A stretch of DNA of 64,000 bases from an uncultured Gemmatimonadaceae bacterium (GCA_963790305.1 CAWBOC010000009.1:956911-1020910); one strand, 5' to 3'; numbered from the stretch's first letter, positions 1 to 12,358 are shown. The notes: a model not told the origin generated them from the sequence alone. Translations and numbers: made by a program.

Positions 1-3000
1 AGTCCGCGTGCGGATCGAAGCCGTGAATGAGCTGCTGCGCACACGCGGTCGCGACGTCCAGCATCGCGGGGTGCAGCGCAAACCGCGCGAGGTCGTCCGC
101 GAATTCCTCCGGAAGCTCCAGCGTCGCGATCGCCTCGTCGACTCCATAGTTGATGCGCCGAATGTTGCTCCAGCGCTTGCCCAGCACGAGGTGCTCGCGC
201 TCCTCGGTGCCGGTGAACCGCTGCTCGCGGGCCGCGCAGCGAGCGATCACCGCATTCACATCGACGCGCGGAGGCGCATCGCCGTTGGCGGGCAGGGCGA
301 TCGCGCGTGCGTGCTCGTGCCATTCGCGGCTCCCATCCGCCGCAACGCCCTCGCCAATGATCACGATCTCCGACTCGCCGCCGTTGCGACGAACCTTCAC
401 CCGGAGCTCGCGACGCTCATCCGCATGCACGACGAACGGTGAGATGAAGAAAACATCGCGAAGCTCGAGATCGCGGACGTTTCCGGCTTCGCGAAATGCC
501 GCCTGCGCAAGCTCGAGATAGCCAGTGCCGGGGATGAGCGCTTCCCCGCCCCGAATCCGGTGGCCGTCGAGCAGCCAATGATCCGCGATGCTGAAGACGG
601 TCGAGAACACGTCCTCCTTCGCGGTGCGGCGCACGCGCCGGTCGAGGAGCGGATGCTCCGCTGGCTCGTCGACCTCGCCCGCCGACCCCATCGACGCCGC
701 CATACCGACGTCACGCCACATGCTCCAGTTGATCGCGATCGCCGGCGTCCCATCGAGCGTAGCCTTCCGGTGCGCGAACGCATCCAGGAAAGCGTTCGCC
801 GCCACGTAATCGACCTGGCCCGCGGGACCGGCAACCGCTCCGCGCGACGAGAACACGACGAAGAAATCGAGCTCGAAGCCGGCGACGGCGGCGTCGAGGG
901 ACAGTGTTCCCTCGACCTTCGGCGCGAGCACGCGCTCGGCGGTCGCGCGATCCTTCGTCGCGATGAGACCATCGTCGAGCGCACCGGCGCCGTGGACGAC
1001 GCCGTTGATCGGTCCGAAGCGATCGACGGCGGTGCGGACGATCTCAGCCATCCGCTCGCGATCGGTGACATCCCCGCGCGCCACCATTACCTCGGCGCCG
1101 AGCGCTTCGAGCGAGCGCACCTGCGCGATAGCGCGGCTCACACGGTCATTCTCGCCGCGACGGGCGATCCAGCCGTCCCACTCTTCGCGCGCTGGAAACG
1201 CACTGCGACCAACGAGCACCAGCCGAGCCTTCGCCGCACGCGCAAGGTACTCAGCGACTGTGAGTCCGATGCCGCCCAGACCGCCGGTGATGAGATAGAC
1301 ACCGCCATCGCGCACGCGACTGGGCCGCGTGCTCGGATCGACCGCGACTGACTCGAACGTCTGCACCCAGCGGTCGGCGCCGCGGAGAGCCACCACCTCA
1401 TCGGTGACCGGAGAGCCGACCTCGCCAATGAGCTGCTGCACGAGCTGTCGCTCCCGCCAGGAACCTGACGGTGGCAGCACGACATCAATGGATCGCGAGC
1501 GAACGTTAGGCATTTCCTGCGCAATCACCTTGCACGGACCCAGGAGTTGCGCTTTCTCCGGCGTAAGGACTGCTTCGCCAGCAACCTGCTGCATGTCGCT
1601 CGATACGACGCTCAGGCGGATCGGATGCGACAGATCCTCCGCGATCACCCCTTGGGCGAGGTAGAGCAGGCTGTAGAAGGAAAGGTCGCGCACGTGCCCG
1701 GAGGACAGCACTGCCCCCGGCGGCGTGACACTGAAACAGTGCACGATGTCGGCAGGCGCGACTTTCTCCGCCGCGAGATCACGGAACAGCATCTCATAGG
1801 CTTCGCGGTCGGCCGGCGCGATCGTGAAATCGCGCTCGCCGATGCGCGCATACGTGCTTCCCGTCGCGACGGTCCACACGTCCCGGCCCGCGGCGCGCAT
1901 GCCTTCCGCGACTTTCGCCCCGAGCCCGCCGGCGTCGGCAAAGAGAAGCACCGGACCCATGTCGGGCGACGTGACGATCGCGGACGGCGTCGTGCGCCGC
2001 CACGAAGGTTGATACAGCCACTGCGCAACGTCGGCGCGCTTCCGCGGCGGTCCATCCTCGGCGACCACACTCGATACACCCTTGCCGGGCGCAATCCAGT
2101 GACGGTGGCGCTCGAACGGATACGTCGGCAGCGGGATTCGACGACGGCGGTCTTCGCCATGGAGAGCAGGCCAATCAACCTCGACACCATGCGTCCACAG
2201 TCGGCCTAGCGCGCCCAGCGCAAAGGCGACATCGGAGACCTGTTCGTCGGGGTGCCGCATCGACGGGTAGATCCCGTGCGATGCCTGCTTTGCCGAGTGC
2301 TGGCGAGCGAGCGTCGTCAGGGTGCGACCTGGGCCGACTTCGAGCAGCACACGCCGCGGATCGGCGAGAAGCTCGCCGACGCCGTCAGCGAAGCGGACCG
2401 TCTGCCGAAGGTGCCGAACCCAGTAGCTCGGGTCGGTCGCATCGGCGTCGGTGATCCACGTGCCGGTCACATTGGATACGAAGGGCATCTTCGGCGCACG
2501 GAGCGCAATGCCGCGCACGAACGCGCCGAACTCCTGGAGAATCGGCTCCAGCATCGCCGAATGCGCCGCGACATTGATGTGGATGCGGCGGCAGTCGATC
2601 TCCTGCGCGGCGAGCGTGCGCTCCAGCGTCTCGATCGCCCTCACCGGTCCCGATGCGACGCACAGCTCGGGCGCGTTCACCGCCGCGATCGACAGGTCGG
2701 GCGGGAGCATCGGACGCAGCTCTTCGGCGGCAAGCGGAACGCTCAGCATGCCACCCTCGGCGAGCCGCTCGAACAGGCGGCCGCGGATGGTCACGAGAGA
2801 GAGTCCCTCCTCGGCCGAGAAGACGCCGGCGAGGCACGCGGCGGTGTATTCGCCCATGCTGTGACCGATCATCGCCTGCGGCTTGATGCCCCACGACATG
2901 AGCAGCTTCGCGAGCGCGAGCTGAGTGCTGAACAGCGCCGGGAGCGCGAGCGATGGACGCTCCAGCTCCAGAGTGGCTTGCTCGGCATCGTCGAGGAGTG

Positions 3001-4753
3001 GGAACATCAACGGCGCGAGGTCCACGCCGTACTCCGCCTTCATGAAGGCGAAGCAACGATCGATTTCGGCGCGATACAGCGGCTCAACCGCGTACAGGTG
3101 GGCGCCCATCGTCGCGTGCTGCGCACCGCCGCCGGCGAACATGAACGCCACGGCCGGAGCTTCCTCGCCGGATTGCTGCGTGGCGATGCGCTTGGGATCG
3201 TTGCTCTCGAGCAGCTCGACCGCCTCGGCGGCATCCACGGCGGCGATGGCGCGCCGGTGCGCAAAGGCCTGTCGGCCAACCTGCAGGGTGTGCGCGACGT
3301 CGGCGAGCGAGACATCAGGGCTGTCGCGCAGGAACCGGGCGAGATTCGACGTCGCGGCGTCCAGCGCTGCCGGAGTTTTTGCCGACATCACCAGCAGCTG
3401 GTACGGCCGCGATGGCTCATCGGAGGGGGCTGCCTTGGGCGCCTCCTCGAGGATGATGTGGGCGTTCGTTCCACCGGCGCCGAGCGCGCTGACGCCTGCG
3501 CGACGCGGGGCGCCAGCTGACGTCCACTCGCGCAGCGCCGTGTTCACGAAGAACGGGCTGCTCTCGAATTCGCAGCCGGGATTCGGCCGCTCGAAGTACA
3601 GGCTCGGCGGGATCTGCTTGTGCTTGAGCGCGAGCACCGTCTTGATGAGGCCCGCGACACCGGCCGCGGTGTCGAGGTGGCCGATGTTGGACTTCACCGA
3701 GCCGAGGGCGCAGTAGGCCGACTTGCGCGTCTTCGTACGGAACGCCTGCGTGAGCGCGACGATCTCGATCGGGTCGCCCACGGGAGTGCCCGTGCCGTGC
3801 GCCTCGACGTACGTGATCGTTTCCGGATCGACGCCGGAAATCGCGAGCGCCTCGGCCACCGCTTTCGCCTGGCCATCCACGCTCGGCGCGAGATAGCCGA
3901 CCTTCATCGAGCCATCGTTGTTGATCGCCGAGCCCTTGATGATCGCGTGGATCGTGTCCCCATCGGCTATCGCATCGACGGCGCGACGCAGCACGACGAC
4001 GCCGACGCCGCTGCCGAAGACGGTGCCCTGCGAGCTCTCGTCGAACGAGCGGCAGTGTCCGTCGGGCGAGACGATCTCGCCTTCCTTGTAGACGTACCCG
4101 GCGACGTGCGGCTGCCGGACGGTGGAGCCACCGGCGATCGCCATGTCGCACTCGCCGTTGAGGAGGCTTTGCACGGCCTGATGGATCGCGACGAGCGATG
4201 TGGAGCATGCCGTCTGCACGTTCACGCTCGGCCCCGTCAGGTTCATCAGGTACGACACGCGCGTGGCGAGGAAATCCTTGTCGTTCCCGGTATGACGGAG
4301 GAGGAAGAACCCGACCTGCTGCACCAGCTGCGGATTGGTCAGCAGGTTGTTGATCATGTACATGCTGGCGCCGCATCCAGCGTACACGCCGATCGAGCCG
4401 TCGAACGTCTGCGGTACGTGGCCGGCGTGCTCCAGCGCGCTCCAGCTGCACTCGATGAAATGCCGCTGCTGCGGATCCATGATCGACGCGTCCCGCGGGC
4501 TGAACCCGAAGAACGTGCCGTCGAACATCTCCATCTCGGGCAGCAGGAATGCAGCCTTGACGTACTCCGGATCGCCGAGGAGCGCCGGATCGATGCCCTC
4601 GAGCTGCTGGTCGGTGAGCTGCGTGAGCGACTCGACGCCGTCACGCAGGTTGTTCCAGTATTCGGCCAGATCGCGCGCGCCGGGAAAGCGTCCCGCCATC
4701 CCGATGACGGCGATGTCCGTCTCGGCGACCATGATTTCCTTCGTATTCGTCAT
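1..4753 (-). CDS. Type I polyketide synthase, partial (KS-AT-KR-DH..., continues beyond the left edge)
   Basis: Not in the ORF track because no stop lies in the window. Manual translation from ATG 4753 (ATGA overlap with the NRPS stop) gives MTNTKEIMVAETDIAVIGMAGRFPGA. KS motifs: VQTACSTS, EAHGTGT, KSNIGHLDTAAG. AT: GHSMG and HINVAAHS. KR: VYLITGGLGGIG, HGAGALDD, GQVDYVAAN. DH: HWLLDGHRIRGGEALIPG at ~580-525. Spot checks at 2209 and 580 are in frame with the start. Confidence 0.95.
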   Translation of the reverse strand, partial: MTNTKEIMVAETDIAVIGMAGRFPGARDLAEYWNNLRDGVESLTQLTDQQLEGIDPALLGDPEYVKAAFLLPEMEMFDGTFFGFSPRDASIMDPQQRHFIECSWSALEHAGHVPQTFDGSIGVYAGCGASMYMINNLLTNPQLVQQVGFFLLRHTGNDKDFLATRVSYLMNLTGPSVNVQTACSTSLVAIHQAVQSLLNGECDMAIAGGSTVRQPHVAGYVYKEGEIVSPDGHCRSFDESSQGTVFGSGVGVVVLRRAVDAIADGDTIHAIIKGSAINNDGSMKVGYLAPSVDGQAKAVAEALAISGVDPETITYVEAHGTGTPVGDPIEIVALTQAFRTKTRKSAYCALGSVKSNIGHLDTAAGVAGLIKTVLALKHKQIPPSLYFERPNPGCEFESSPFFVNTALREWTSAGAPRRAGVSALGAGGTNAHIILEEAPKAAPSDEPSRPYQLLVMSAKTPAALDAATSNLARFLRDSPDVSLADVAHTLQVGRQAFAHRRAIAAVDAAEAVELLESNDPKRIATQQSGEEAPAVAFMFAGGGAQHATMGAHLYAVEPLYRAEIDRCFAFMKAEYGVDLAPLMFPLLDDAEQATLELERPSLALPALFSTQLALAKLLMSWGIKPQAMIGHSMGEYTAACLAGVFSAEEGLSLVTIRGRLFERLAEGGMLSVPLAAEELRPMLPPDLSIAAVNAPELCVASGPVRAIETLERTLAAQEIDCRRIHINVAAHSAMLEPILQEFGAFVRGIALRAPKMPFVSNVTGTWITDADATDPSYWVRHLRQTVRFADGVGELLADPRRVLLEVGPGRTLTTLARQHSAKQASHGIYPSMRHPDEQVSDVAFALGALGRLWTHGVEVDWPALHGEDRRRRIPLPTYPFERHRHWIAPGKGVSSVVAEDGPPRKRADVAQWLYQPSWRRTTPSAIVTSPDMGPVLLFADAGGLGAKVAEGMRAAGRDVWTVATGSTYARIGERDFTIAPADREAYEMLFRDLAAEKVAPADIVHCFSVTPPGAVLSSGHVRDLSFYSLLYLAQGVIAEDLSHPIRLSVVSSDMQQVAGEAVLTPEKAQLLGPCKVIAQEMPNVRSRSIDVVLPPSGSWRERQLVQQLIGEVGSPVTDEVVALRGADRWVQTFESVAVDPSTRPSRVRDGGVYLITGGLGGIGLTVAEYLARAAKARLVLVGRSAFPAREEWDGWIARRGENDRVSRAIAQVRSLEALGAEVMVARGDVTDRERMAEIVRTAVDRFGPINGVVHGAGALDDGLIATKDRATAERVLAPKVEGTLSLDAAVAGFELDFFVVFSSRGAVAGPAGQVDYVAANAFLDAFAHRKATLDGTPAIAINWSMWRDVGMAASMGSAGEVDEPAEHPLLDRRVRRTAKEDVFSTVFSIADHWLLDGHRIRGGEALIPGTGYLELAQAAFREAGNVRDLELRDVFFISPFVVHADERRELRVKVRRNGGESEIVIIGEGVAADGSREWHEHARAIALPANGDAPPRVDVNAVIARCAAREQRFTGTEEREHLVLGKRWSNIRRINYGVDEAIATLELPEEFADDLARFALHPAMLDVATACAQQLIHGFDPHAD

Positions 4754-7700
4754 TTCCGTTCCTGAGGAGTCGCCAGCTCTTCCCAGCTGGCCGCGGCCGG
4801 TCCACGCCGGCGGCGCATCATGGCCTGCCGGCGCGTTTCGGCGCGATCGAGACTCTCTTCCACGCCGCTCACCGTTGCGACACCACCGCCCATGTGCTTG
4901 GCGAGGGAGCGAATCGTCGGGAAGCGGAAGAGGTCGGTAAGCGACACCGGGCGATCAACCGCCGCACGCAGGCGCGAATGCACCCGCACCGTCAGCAGCG
5001 AGTGGCCGCCAATGTCGAAGAAGTTGTCCTGTACACCCACGCGCGGCACGTTGAGAATCTCCTGCCAGATGCCGGCGATCGTGCGCTCGAGATCATTGTC
5101 GGCGGCCACGAACGTTTGTGCCGCCGCGACCAATGCGCCGCTCTCGGGCGCCGGCATTGCCTTGCGGTCGATTTTGGCGTTAGGTGTCAGCGGGAACGAC
5201 TCGAGCACCATCACGTGCGACGGCACCATGTAATCCGGCAGCTGAGTCTTCAGCGCCTCGCGCACCGCCACCTGGTCGATCGTCTCCCCTGGAGCCGCGA
5301 CGACGTACGCCACAAGCCGTTTGTCGCCCGGGCTGTCCTCGCGCGCGACCACCACCGCCTCGCGAACGCCCGGCTGGAGGGCGACGAGTGCCTCGATCTC
5401 TCCAAGCTCGATCCGGTGTCCGCGAATCTTCACCTGGTGATCGATGCGGCCGAGGAAGTCGACCACGCCGTCAGCACGGAAGCGAGTGAGATCGCCCGTG
5501 CGATAGAGGCGGCCACCATCCGCGCGGAACGGATTCCGCACGAACCGCTCGGCCGTGAGCTCCTCACGGTTGTAGTACCCGCGGACGACGCCCGCGCCGC
5601 CGATCAGCAGCTCACCCGGGATTCCGACCGGCACTGGCTGGAGATTCCGATCGACGATGTAGAACTCCGTGTTCGCGATCGGCTGGCCGATGGGAATCGA
5701 GCCGGCGTCGCCGTTCACGTGATACGTGGACGACCAGATCGTGGTCTCCGTCGGCCCGTACATGTTCACGATCTCGGCGCTCGTGAGCGCTTGCAGCTCG
5801 GTCGCCAGCGTCGGCGGGAATGCTTCGCCGCCGATCATGAGCTTCTCGAGTGAGCGGAGCGCGGTGCGTGCCTCGTCCTGCGCCAGCAGCATGCTCGCCA
5901 TGGATGGCGTGCACTGCAGGTGCGTGACGTCATGCCGCGCCGAGCTGCGCCGGCACCGACCATTTTTCGGCGTCGCGCGCTTCGTCACGCGCGCTACGCT
6001 CGCGGACGTTCGCGAGCATATCGAGGCTCTCGAGCACCGAGTCCTCGTCAACGCCGAAGTCGATCAGACACGCGATCTCATCGATCCCAACGCCCTTGAG
6101 GCGGTTCACCATCCGGACACAGGTGTCCGGCGTTCCCATGAGGGCGCTGGTGTCGAAGTAGCGATGGAACCCGTGATCGAGGATCGCTTCCCAGTCGTCG
6201 GGAGTCAGCGGTGTGGAGCGAATGTCCTGGCCGCGACCCTCGGCGAGATCCTTGATGAGATCGACCGACGTGCGGAGATACTCGCGGAACGGGCCGCGCA
6301 CCTTGTCCTTCACGACCTGCATGTCGCCGCCGACGAAGGTGTGCATCATCAGCGTGACGTGGCCATCGCCGGGGTGACCGGCGTCGCGCCACGCCTTGCG
6401 ATAGATGGCGACGCGCTCGGCGAGCTGCTCGATCTTCTGGCCGAGCAGGTGCGTGAGCAGGTTCGCGCCGATCTCGCCCGCCTTGCGGAAGGTCTCGGGC
6501 GTCCCAGCAGCGGTGATCCAGATGGGCAGGTCCTTCTGCACCGGGCGCGGCAGCGTCTTGACCTCGACGTCCTTGCCCGAGCCACCCTTCGTCGTGATCG
6601 ACTCCCCGCGCCACAGCTTCCGCACCGTCTCGATGTACTCGAAGATCACGTCGCGGCGACGCGCGTAGTTGTCAGGCGCGAAGGCGAAGTCACGGTCGTG
6701 CCAGCCGGAGGCGACGGCGATGCCCGCCCGTCCGCCGGAGATGTTATCGACGACCGACCACTCCTCGGCCACGCGCAGCGGATTGTGAAGCGGGAGCACC
6801 ACGCTGCCGGCGCGAATCTTCACATTCTTCGTGATGGCGGCGATCGCGGCGCTGGTCACGGCCGCGTTCGGGTAGAGTCCGCCGAACGAGTGGAAGTGGC
6901 GCTCCGGCGTCCACACGGCCTCGAAGCCATGCGCGTCGGCGAACTTGGCGCCTTCCATCAGTAGGCGGTACTTGTCGGCACCCGCCGTCTGCTCGTTGCT
7001 GGCGAAGTAGAAGAGGCTGAAGTCGATCTTGCGATCGACGAACGGCTCGGCCGCCTGCGCGGCCATGCGGGACGCGTCCTGCTCGGCCTGGATGACGACC
7101 TTGAAGCCGCGCGTGAGCGTCCAGAACAGCTCGAGCACCGAGATGTCGAACGAGATGCTGGTGACGGCGAGCCAGGTACCCGGCGCGTCGGCACCGAGGC
7201 GCTCGTCCATCCCGGCGAAGAAGTTGACGACGTTGCGGTGCTCGATCATCACACCCTTCGGCTTCCCGGTGGAGCCGGAGGTGTAGATCATGTACGCGAG
7301 GTTGCTGGAGCCGGCGTCACGAACGGGAGCGTCCTCGCGCTCGCGCGAGATGGCGTCCCAATCCCGATCGAGGCAGACGACCTTCGCGTCGCTCTCGGGC
7401 AGCCGGTCGAGCAGTCGCCGCTGCGTGAGCACGACCGGCGCGCCGGAGTCGGCGAGCATGAACGCCAGGCGATCCTTTGGATAGGTCGGATCGAGCGGCA
7501 CGTATGCCCCACCAGCCTTGTGAATGCCTAACAAGGCAACCATCATCTCGATCGACCGCTCGGCGAACACGCCGACGAGGACATCGGGACCGACGCCAAG
7601 CTTCCGCAGTGCCTGGGCGAGCTGATTGGCCCGCGCATCGAGCTCCCGATACGTCAGCTCGTCTGCTTCGAAGACAACCGCCACGGCATTCGGCGTGCGC

Positions 7701-10700
7701 TCGACCTGCGCCTCGAACTGGTGGTGGATGCAAGCGTCCGTCGGAATGACGGTCGTGGTGTCGTTCCACTCCTCGAGCATGACGCGCTGCTCGGTCCGCG
7801 TGAGCACCGGCAGCTGCGACAGGCGCAGCTCCGGATTCGCCGCGACGCCTTCGAGCATCGTGACGAAGTGACCGGCCATGCGCTCGATGGTCGCCGCATC
7901 GAACAGATCGGTGTTGTACTCGAGGTGGCCGGTGTAGCCTGCTTCACCCGCCACGAGCGCCAGCGTGATGTCGAACTTCGCCGCACCCGCATCGACGTCG
8001 AGCTGGCGAAGGGTGAGCTCCGAGAGCGCGAGCGGCACCAGCGGCGTGTTCTGAAGAATGAAGAGCACCTGGAAGATCGGTGACCGGCTGAGGTCACGCT
8101 CGGGATGCACCGCATCGACGATCCGCTCGAACGGAATGTCCTGGTTCGCGTAGGCACCGAGTGCAGCTTCACGCGTGCGGGTGAGCAGCTCGCGGAACGT
8201 TGGATTGCCGGACAGATCGCCGCGCATCACCAGCGTGTTGACGAAGAACCCGATGAGGTCCTCGACCTCCACTCGACGGCGGCCGGCGACCGGCGAGCCG
8301 ATGATGACGTCGTCCTGTCCCGAGTACCGCCCGAGCAGCGCCTGGAACGACGCGAGCAGCGTCATGAACAGCGTCGCGCCGTCGGTCGCGCTGACCGTGC
8401 GCAAGGCGTCGACGAGCTCGGCCGGCAGCGCGAAGGTGTGGGTCGCGCCGCGGAACGTCTGCACGCTCGGGCGAGGACGATCGGTCGGCAGATCGAGCTT
8501 GGGGAGCGGACCAGCGAGCTGCTTGCCCCAGTACGCAGCCTGTTCGCTCAGCACGTCTTCCTGCAGCCACTCACGCTGCCACTGCGCGTAGTCCGCGTAC
8601 TGAATCGGCAGCTCGCTCAGGGGCGACGGCTGGCCGGCAGCGAAGGCCTCATAGAGTGCACCGATCTCGCGGTACAGCACGCCGCGCGACCATCCATCGG
8701 ACACGATGTGGTGCATCGTGAGCACGAGGAGGTGATCGCGCGGGGTGATGCGAACGAGGAGGGCACGGAAAAGCGGCCCGTGCTCGAGATCGAAGGGTCG
8801 TGCGGCTTCCGCGCGAGTGACGCGGGCGACTTCGGCGTCGATCCCCGCAACGTCGCTGGCGTCGAGATCGCTGATGGAAAGCGCCACATTGCGCGGCGGC
8901 TGCACCATCTGGCCAGGCGTTCCGTCGACTGACGGGAACACCGTGCGGAGTGACTCGTGACGGCGAACGATCTCGCTCAACGAGCGCTGCAACGCGCCGA
9001 GGTCGAGCTCACCCTGCAATCGGATGACCGCCGAAAGATTGTAGGCTGCACTGTCCGGCTCGAGCTGGTTGAGGAGCCACAGCCGCTGCTGCGCGAACGA
9101 GAGCGGAAGCGCGTGATCGCGGGACGCCGCACGAATCGGCGGCATTGCCCGCCCCGCCACCGCGCGGCTCGCTGCCTCGATCGACTCGGCGAGACGCGCT
9201 ATCGTGGGGGCCTCGAAGAGGCGGCGCAGCGGGACGTCGACGTTGAACGCCTGGCGAACGCGCGCCATCACGCGCATCCCCATTAGTGAATGGCCGCCGA
9301 GGGTGAAGAAGTTGTCCTCGACACCGACGCGATCAATACCAAGCACCGACATCCAGATTGCGGCGAGCACCTCTTCGACTGGCGTGCGCGGTGCGACGAA
9401 GCCGGTGCCAAGCTCGAGCGATGAAAGGTCGGGCTCGGGAAGGCGCATGCGGTCGATCTTGCCGTTGGGCGTGCGCGGCAGCGCATCGAGCGCGACGAAC
9501 GCCGACGGCACCATGTAGTCCGGGAGCGTCCTGCCGACGAAGCGACGCAGCTCGTCCACCGTAGGCACGGGCGCCGGCGAGTATGCGGCGACGATATACG
9601 CGACCAGGCGGCGATCGCCGGGTGCGACTTCACGCGACGTCACCACCGCTTCACGAATCGCCGGGTGCGCGCGAATGGCTGCCTCGACTTCCTCGACCTC
9701 GACCCGGAAGCCGCGGATCTTTACCTGGTTGTCGGAGCGCCCGAGGAACTCGATGATTCCGTCCGCGAGCAGGCGCGCGCGGTCGCCGGTCCGGTAGAGT
9801 CGGCCGTTGACCGATTCACTGAATGGATCGGCGATGAACCGCTGCGCCGTGAGCTCCGGCTGATTGAGATACCCGATCGAAACGCCGTCTCCGGCGATGC
9901 ACAGCTCACCAGGCACTCCGATCGGAAGCGGACGCAGCTTCGAGTCGAGCACGTAGGCCCGCATGTTCGCGATCGGGCGGCCGATGTGCACGATCTTGAC
10001 GCTGTCCTCGATCACGGCCGGAATCGGATAGACGGTGACGATACCGGTCGTCTCCGTCTGGCCGAACATGTTGATCAGGCGCGCCGGATGTGCGAACTCG
10101 CGCGACCAGATCCGCGGGAGCTCGGAGGGCAGCGGCTCGCTCGCCGTCAGGATCAGTCGCAGCTGATTCTCCAGAACCCTGCGGCGCGCGTCGGTCGACA
10201 ACGTGCGAAGCGCCTGAGTGCAATGCTGCCAGTACGAGGGAACGAGATCGATCACCGTCACGCCGCGCGACGCGATAGTCTCGAACAGCGCAACCGGATC
10301 GGCGAGCAGCGCCGGCGAAGCGATCACGATCGTCGCGCCCTGCGTGAGTGGCAGCACGAGCTGCCGCACCGAGGACGAGAACGCCATCGAGGCGGTGTGG
10401 AGGTAGCGATCGCTCGTTGCAATGCCGAGGGCTCCGCGCATCGCCTGCGCATAGTTGCGCAGGTTGCGGTGCGTGACCATGACGCCCTTCGGCGCACCGG
10501 TCGAGCCCGACGTGTAGATGACGTACGCGAGCGAATCGGCGGTCGTGGCGATGCGCGGATCGTCCTCCCGTTCCGAGGCCAGCGCGGTCGCGTCGTCGAG
10601 GCGGATGACCGGCACCTCGATCTCCGGAAGCGCCGAGAGGACGCGCTGCTGCGTGACCATGGCGACGACGCGGGAATCGCCGAGCACGTACGCGTTGCGA

Positions 10701-12358
10701 TCGCGCGGGTACCGCGGATCGAAGGGCACGTACGCCGCGCCAGCCTTCAGGATGCCGAGCACGCCGACGATCATGTCGGGGCCGCGCTCGACCGCGAGGC
10801 CGACGAGAGCACCCGGCGTTACGCCCGCGGCACACAGGGCATGAGCCAGCTTGTTGGCCCGGCGGTCGAGCTCGCCGTACGATACCACCGTCCCGTCGAA
10901 CTCCACGGCCGCGGCATCAGGCGCGTGCGCAGCGTGCTGTGCAATGACCTCGTGAACGAGCGCACCGCTGGTGCGCTCGTGGCGCGTGTCGTTGTAGTCG
11001 ATCAGAAGGCGCTGACGCTCCTCGTTCGTGATGAGCGGGAGCTCGCTGAGTGTGCGACCGGGATCGCCTGCCATTCCCTCGAGCAGCGTCCGCAGATGGC
11101 CGACCATTCGGGTGACCGTCGCATCATCGAACCGGTGACGGTCGTACGAGATGCGAAGCAGGACGTCCGGTTCGAGGCTCGCGAAGATCGACAGGGGATC
11201 GGTCATCTGCTCGATCGACCGCACATCCTGACGACCCCAGCGAGAGCCGAGCATCGCGCGCAGGCCCTGGGTGATTCCCGTTTCGACCAGCATGAGACTT
11301 TCGAAGAGCGGTCGGCCTCGCGGGATCTCCGACCACTCCTGAATCCGCGACAGCGGAGCATGCTCGAACTCGCGAGCGCTGTCCTGCTGACGCTGCAGAG
11401 CGACGAGCCACTCGAGCAGCGAGCACTCCGGGTCGACGTGCACGCGCAGCGGAACGGGATTCAGAAAGAGGCCAACCATCGAATCTCCGCCCTCGACCTG
11501 TGACCGCGCACGCCCGCGTGCGTCGCCGAAGACGACGTCCGACTCCCCGCTATAGCGGCTGAGCAGAAGCGCCCATGCCCCCTTCACCATCGTGTGCAGG
11601 GTGAGCCCGTGTCGTTGCGCGAGCGACCGCAGCGCGCTCGTCACGCCCTCCGACAGTCGCAGCTGCTGCTCTCCGAAGTTGCCGTCGGAGGCGAGCAGCT
11701 CGCCTGGCGCTCTCGCCACCATCAGCGGCGTGGGCGCGAGGAACCCACGAAGCAGCTCCGTCCAGTACGTCTCGGCGCGCCCAAGATCCTGCCGTTGCAG
11801 CCAGCCGAGGTAGGACTCGAAGGCGGCCGGCGTGGGGAGCATCGGCGCCTCTCCCTCGACGAGCGCGTCGTAGGCGAGGAAGACCTCACGCAGGACGATG
11901 AGTCGCGAGCGCCCATCGAGCAGCGCGTTGTGCGACGTCCAGACCATCTTCCACTCGCTCTGATCGACGCGGAACATCGCGAGGCGCATCAGCGGCGCGA
12001 TCGCGAGGTCGAAGCCGCGACGGCGATCGACGCGCAGGTAGCTCTCGAGGCGGTACTCGTGCTCGGTCGGCGTCAGCCCGCGCCAGTCATCGAGCTCGAT
12101 TGGCAGCGTAACTCCGGCGCCGAGCTCGAGCAGCGGAACCTCGACACCCTCCCACCGGAAGCCACTCCTCAGGACCGCGTGCCGATCCATAACTCGTTCC
12201 CATGCAAGGCGGAACGAATCGGGTTGCAGGTCGCCGTTGACCGCGAACACGGTCTGCTGAACGAACGCGCCGGACTGCGGCGCATCCAGGTTGTGCAACA
12301 GCATTCCCTGCTGCATCGGCGACAGCCGGTACGCGGTGTCGAGTGTGGTTACGCCCAT
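4750..12358 (-). CDS. Two-module NRPS, C-A-T-C-A(LLM insert)-T; one frameshift at ~5940
   Basis: ORFs 5930..12616 and 4750..6051 join if one G is removed at ~5941 (AQL-ARHDVTHLQCTPS). A-domain motifs YTSGSTG, YRTGD and QVKIRG, two GGHSL carrier motifs, C motif MHHIVSDG. Luciferase-like monooxygenase segment (DFSLFYFAS...WTPERHFH) at ~7030-6000. Start chosen at MGVTTLDTAYRLSPMQQGML. Confidence 0.93.

Noticed and set aside
5930..6051. Programmed frameshift or a genuine two-gene split in the NRPS
   Set aside because: No slippery sequence is visible, removing one G restores a continuous A domain, and similar indels occur throughout the window.
560..11503. Long plus-strand ORFs (e.g. 2252..3520, 3620..4765, 9665..11503)
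   Set aside because: They are antisense shadows of the GC-rich PKS/NRPS with no recognisable motifs.
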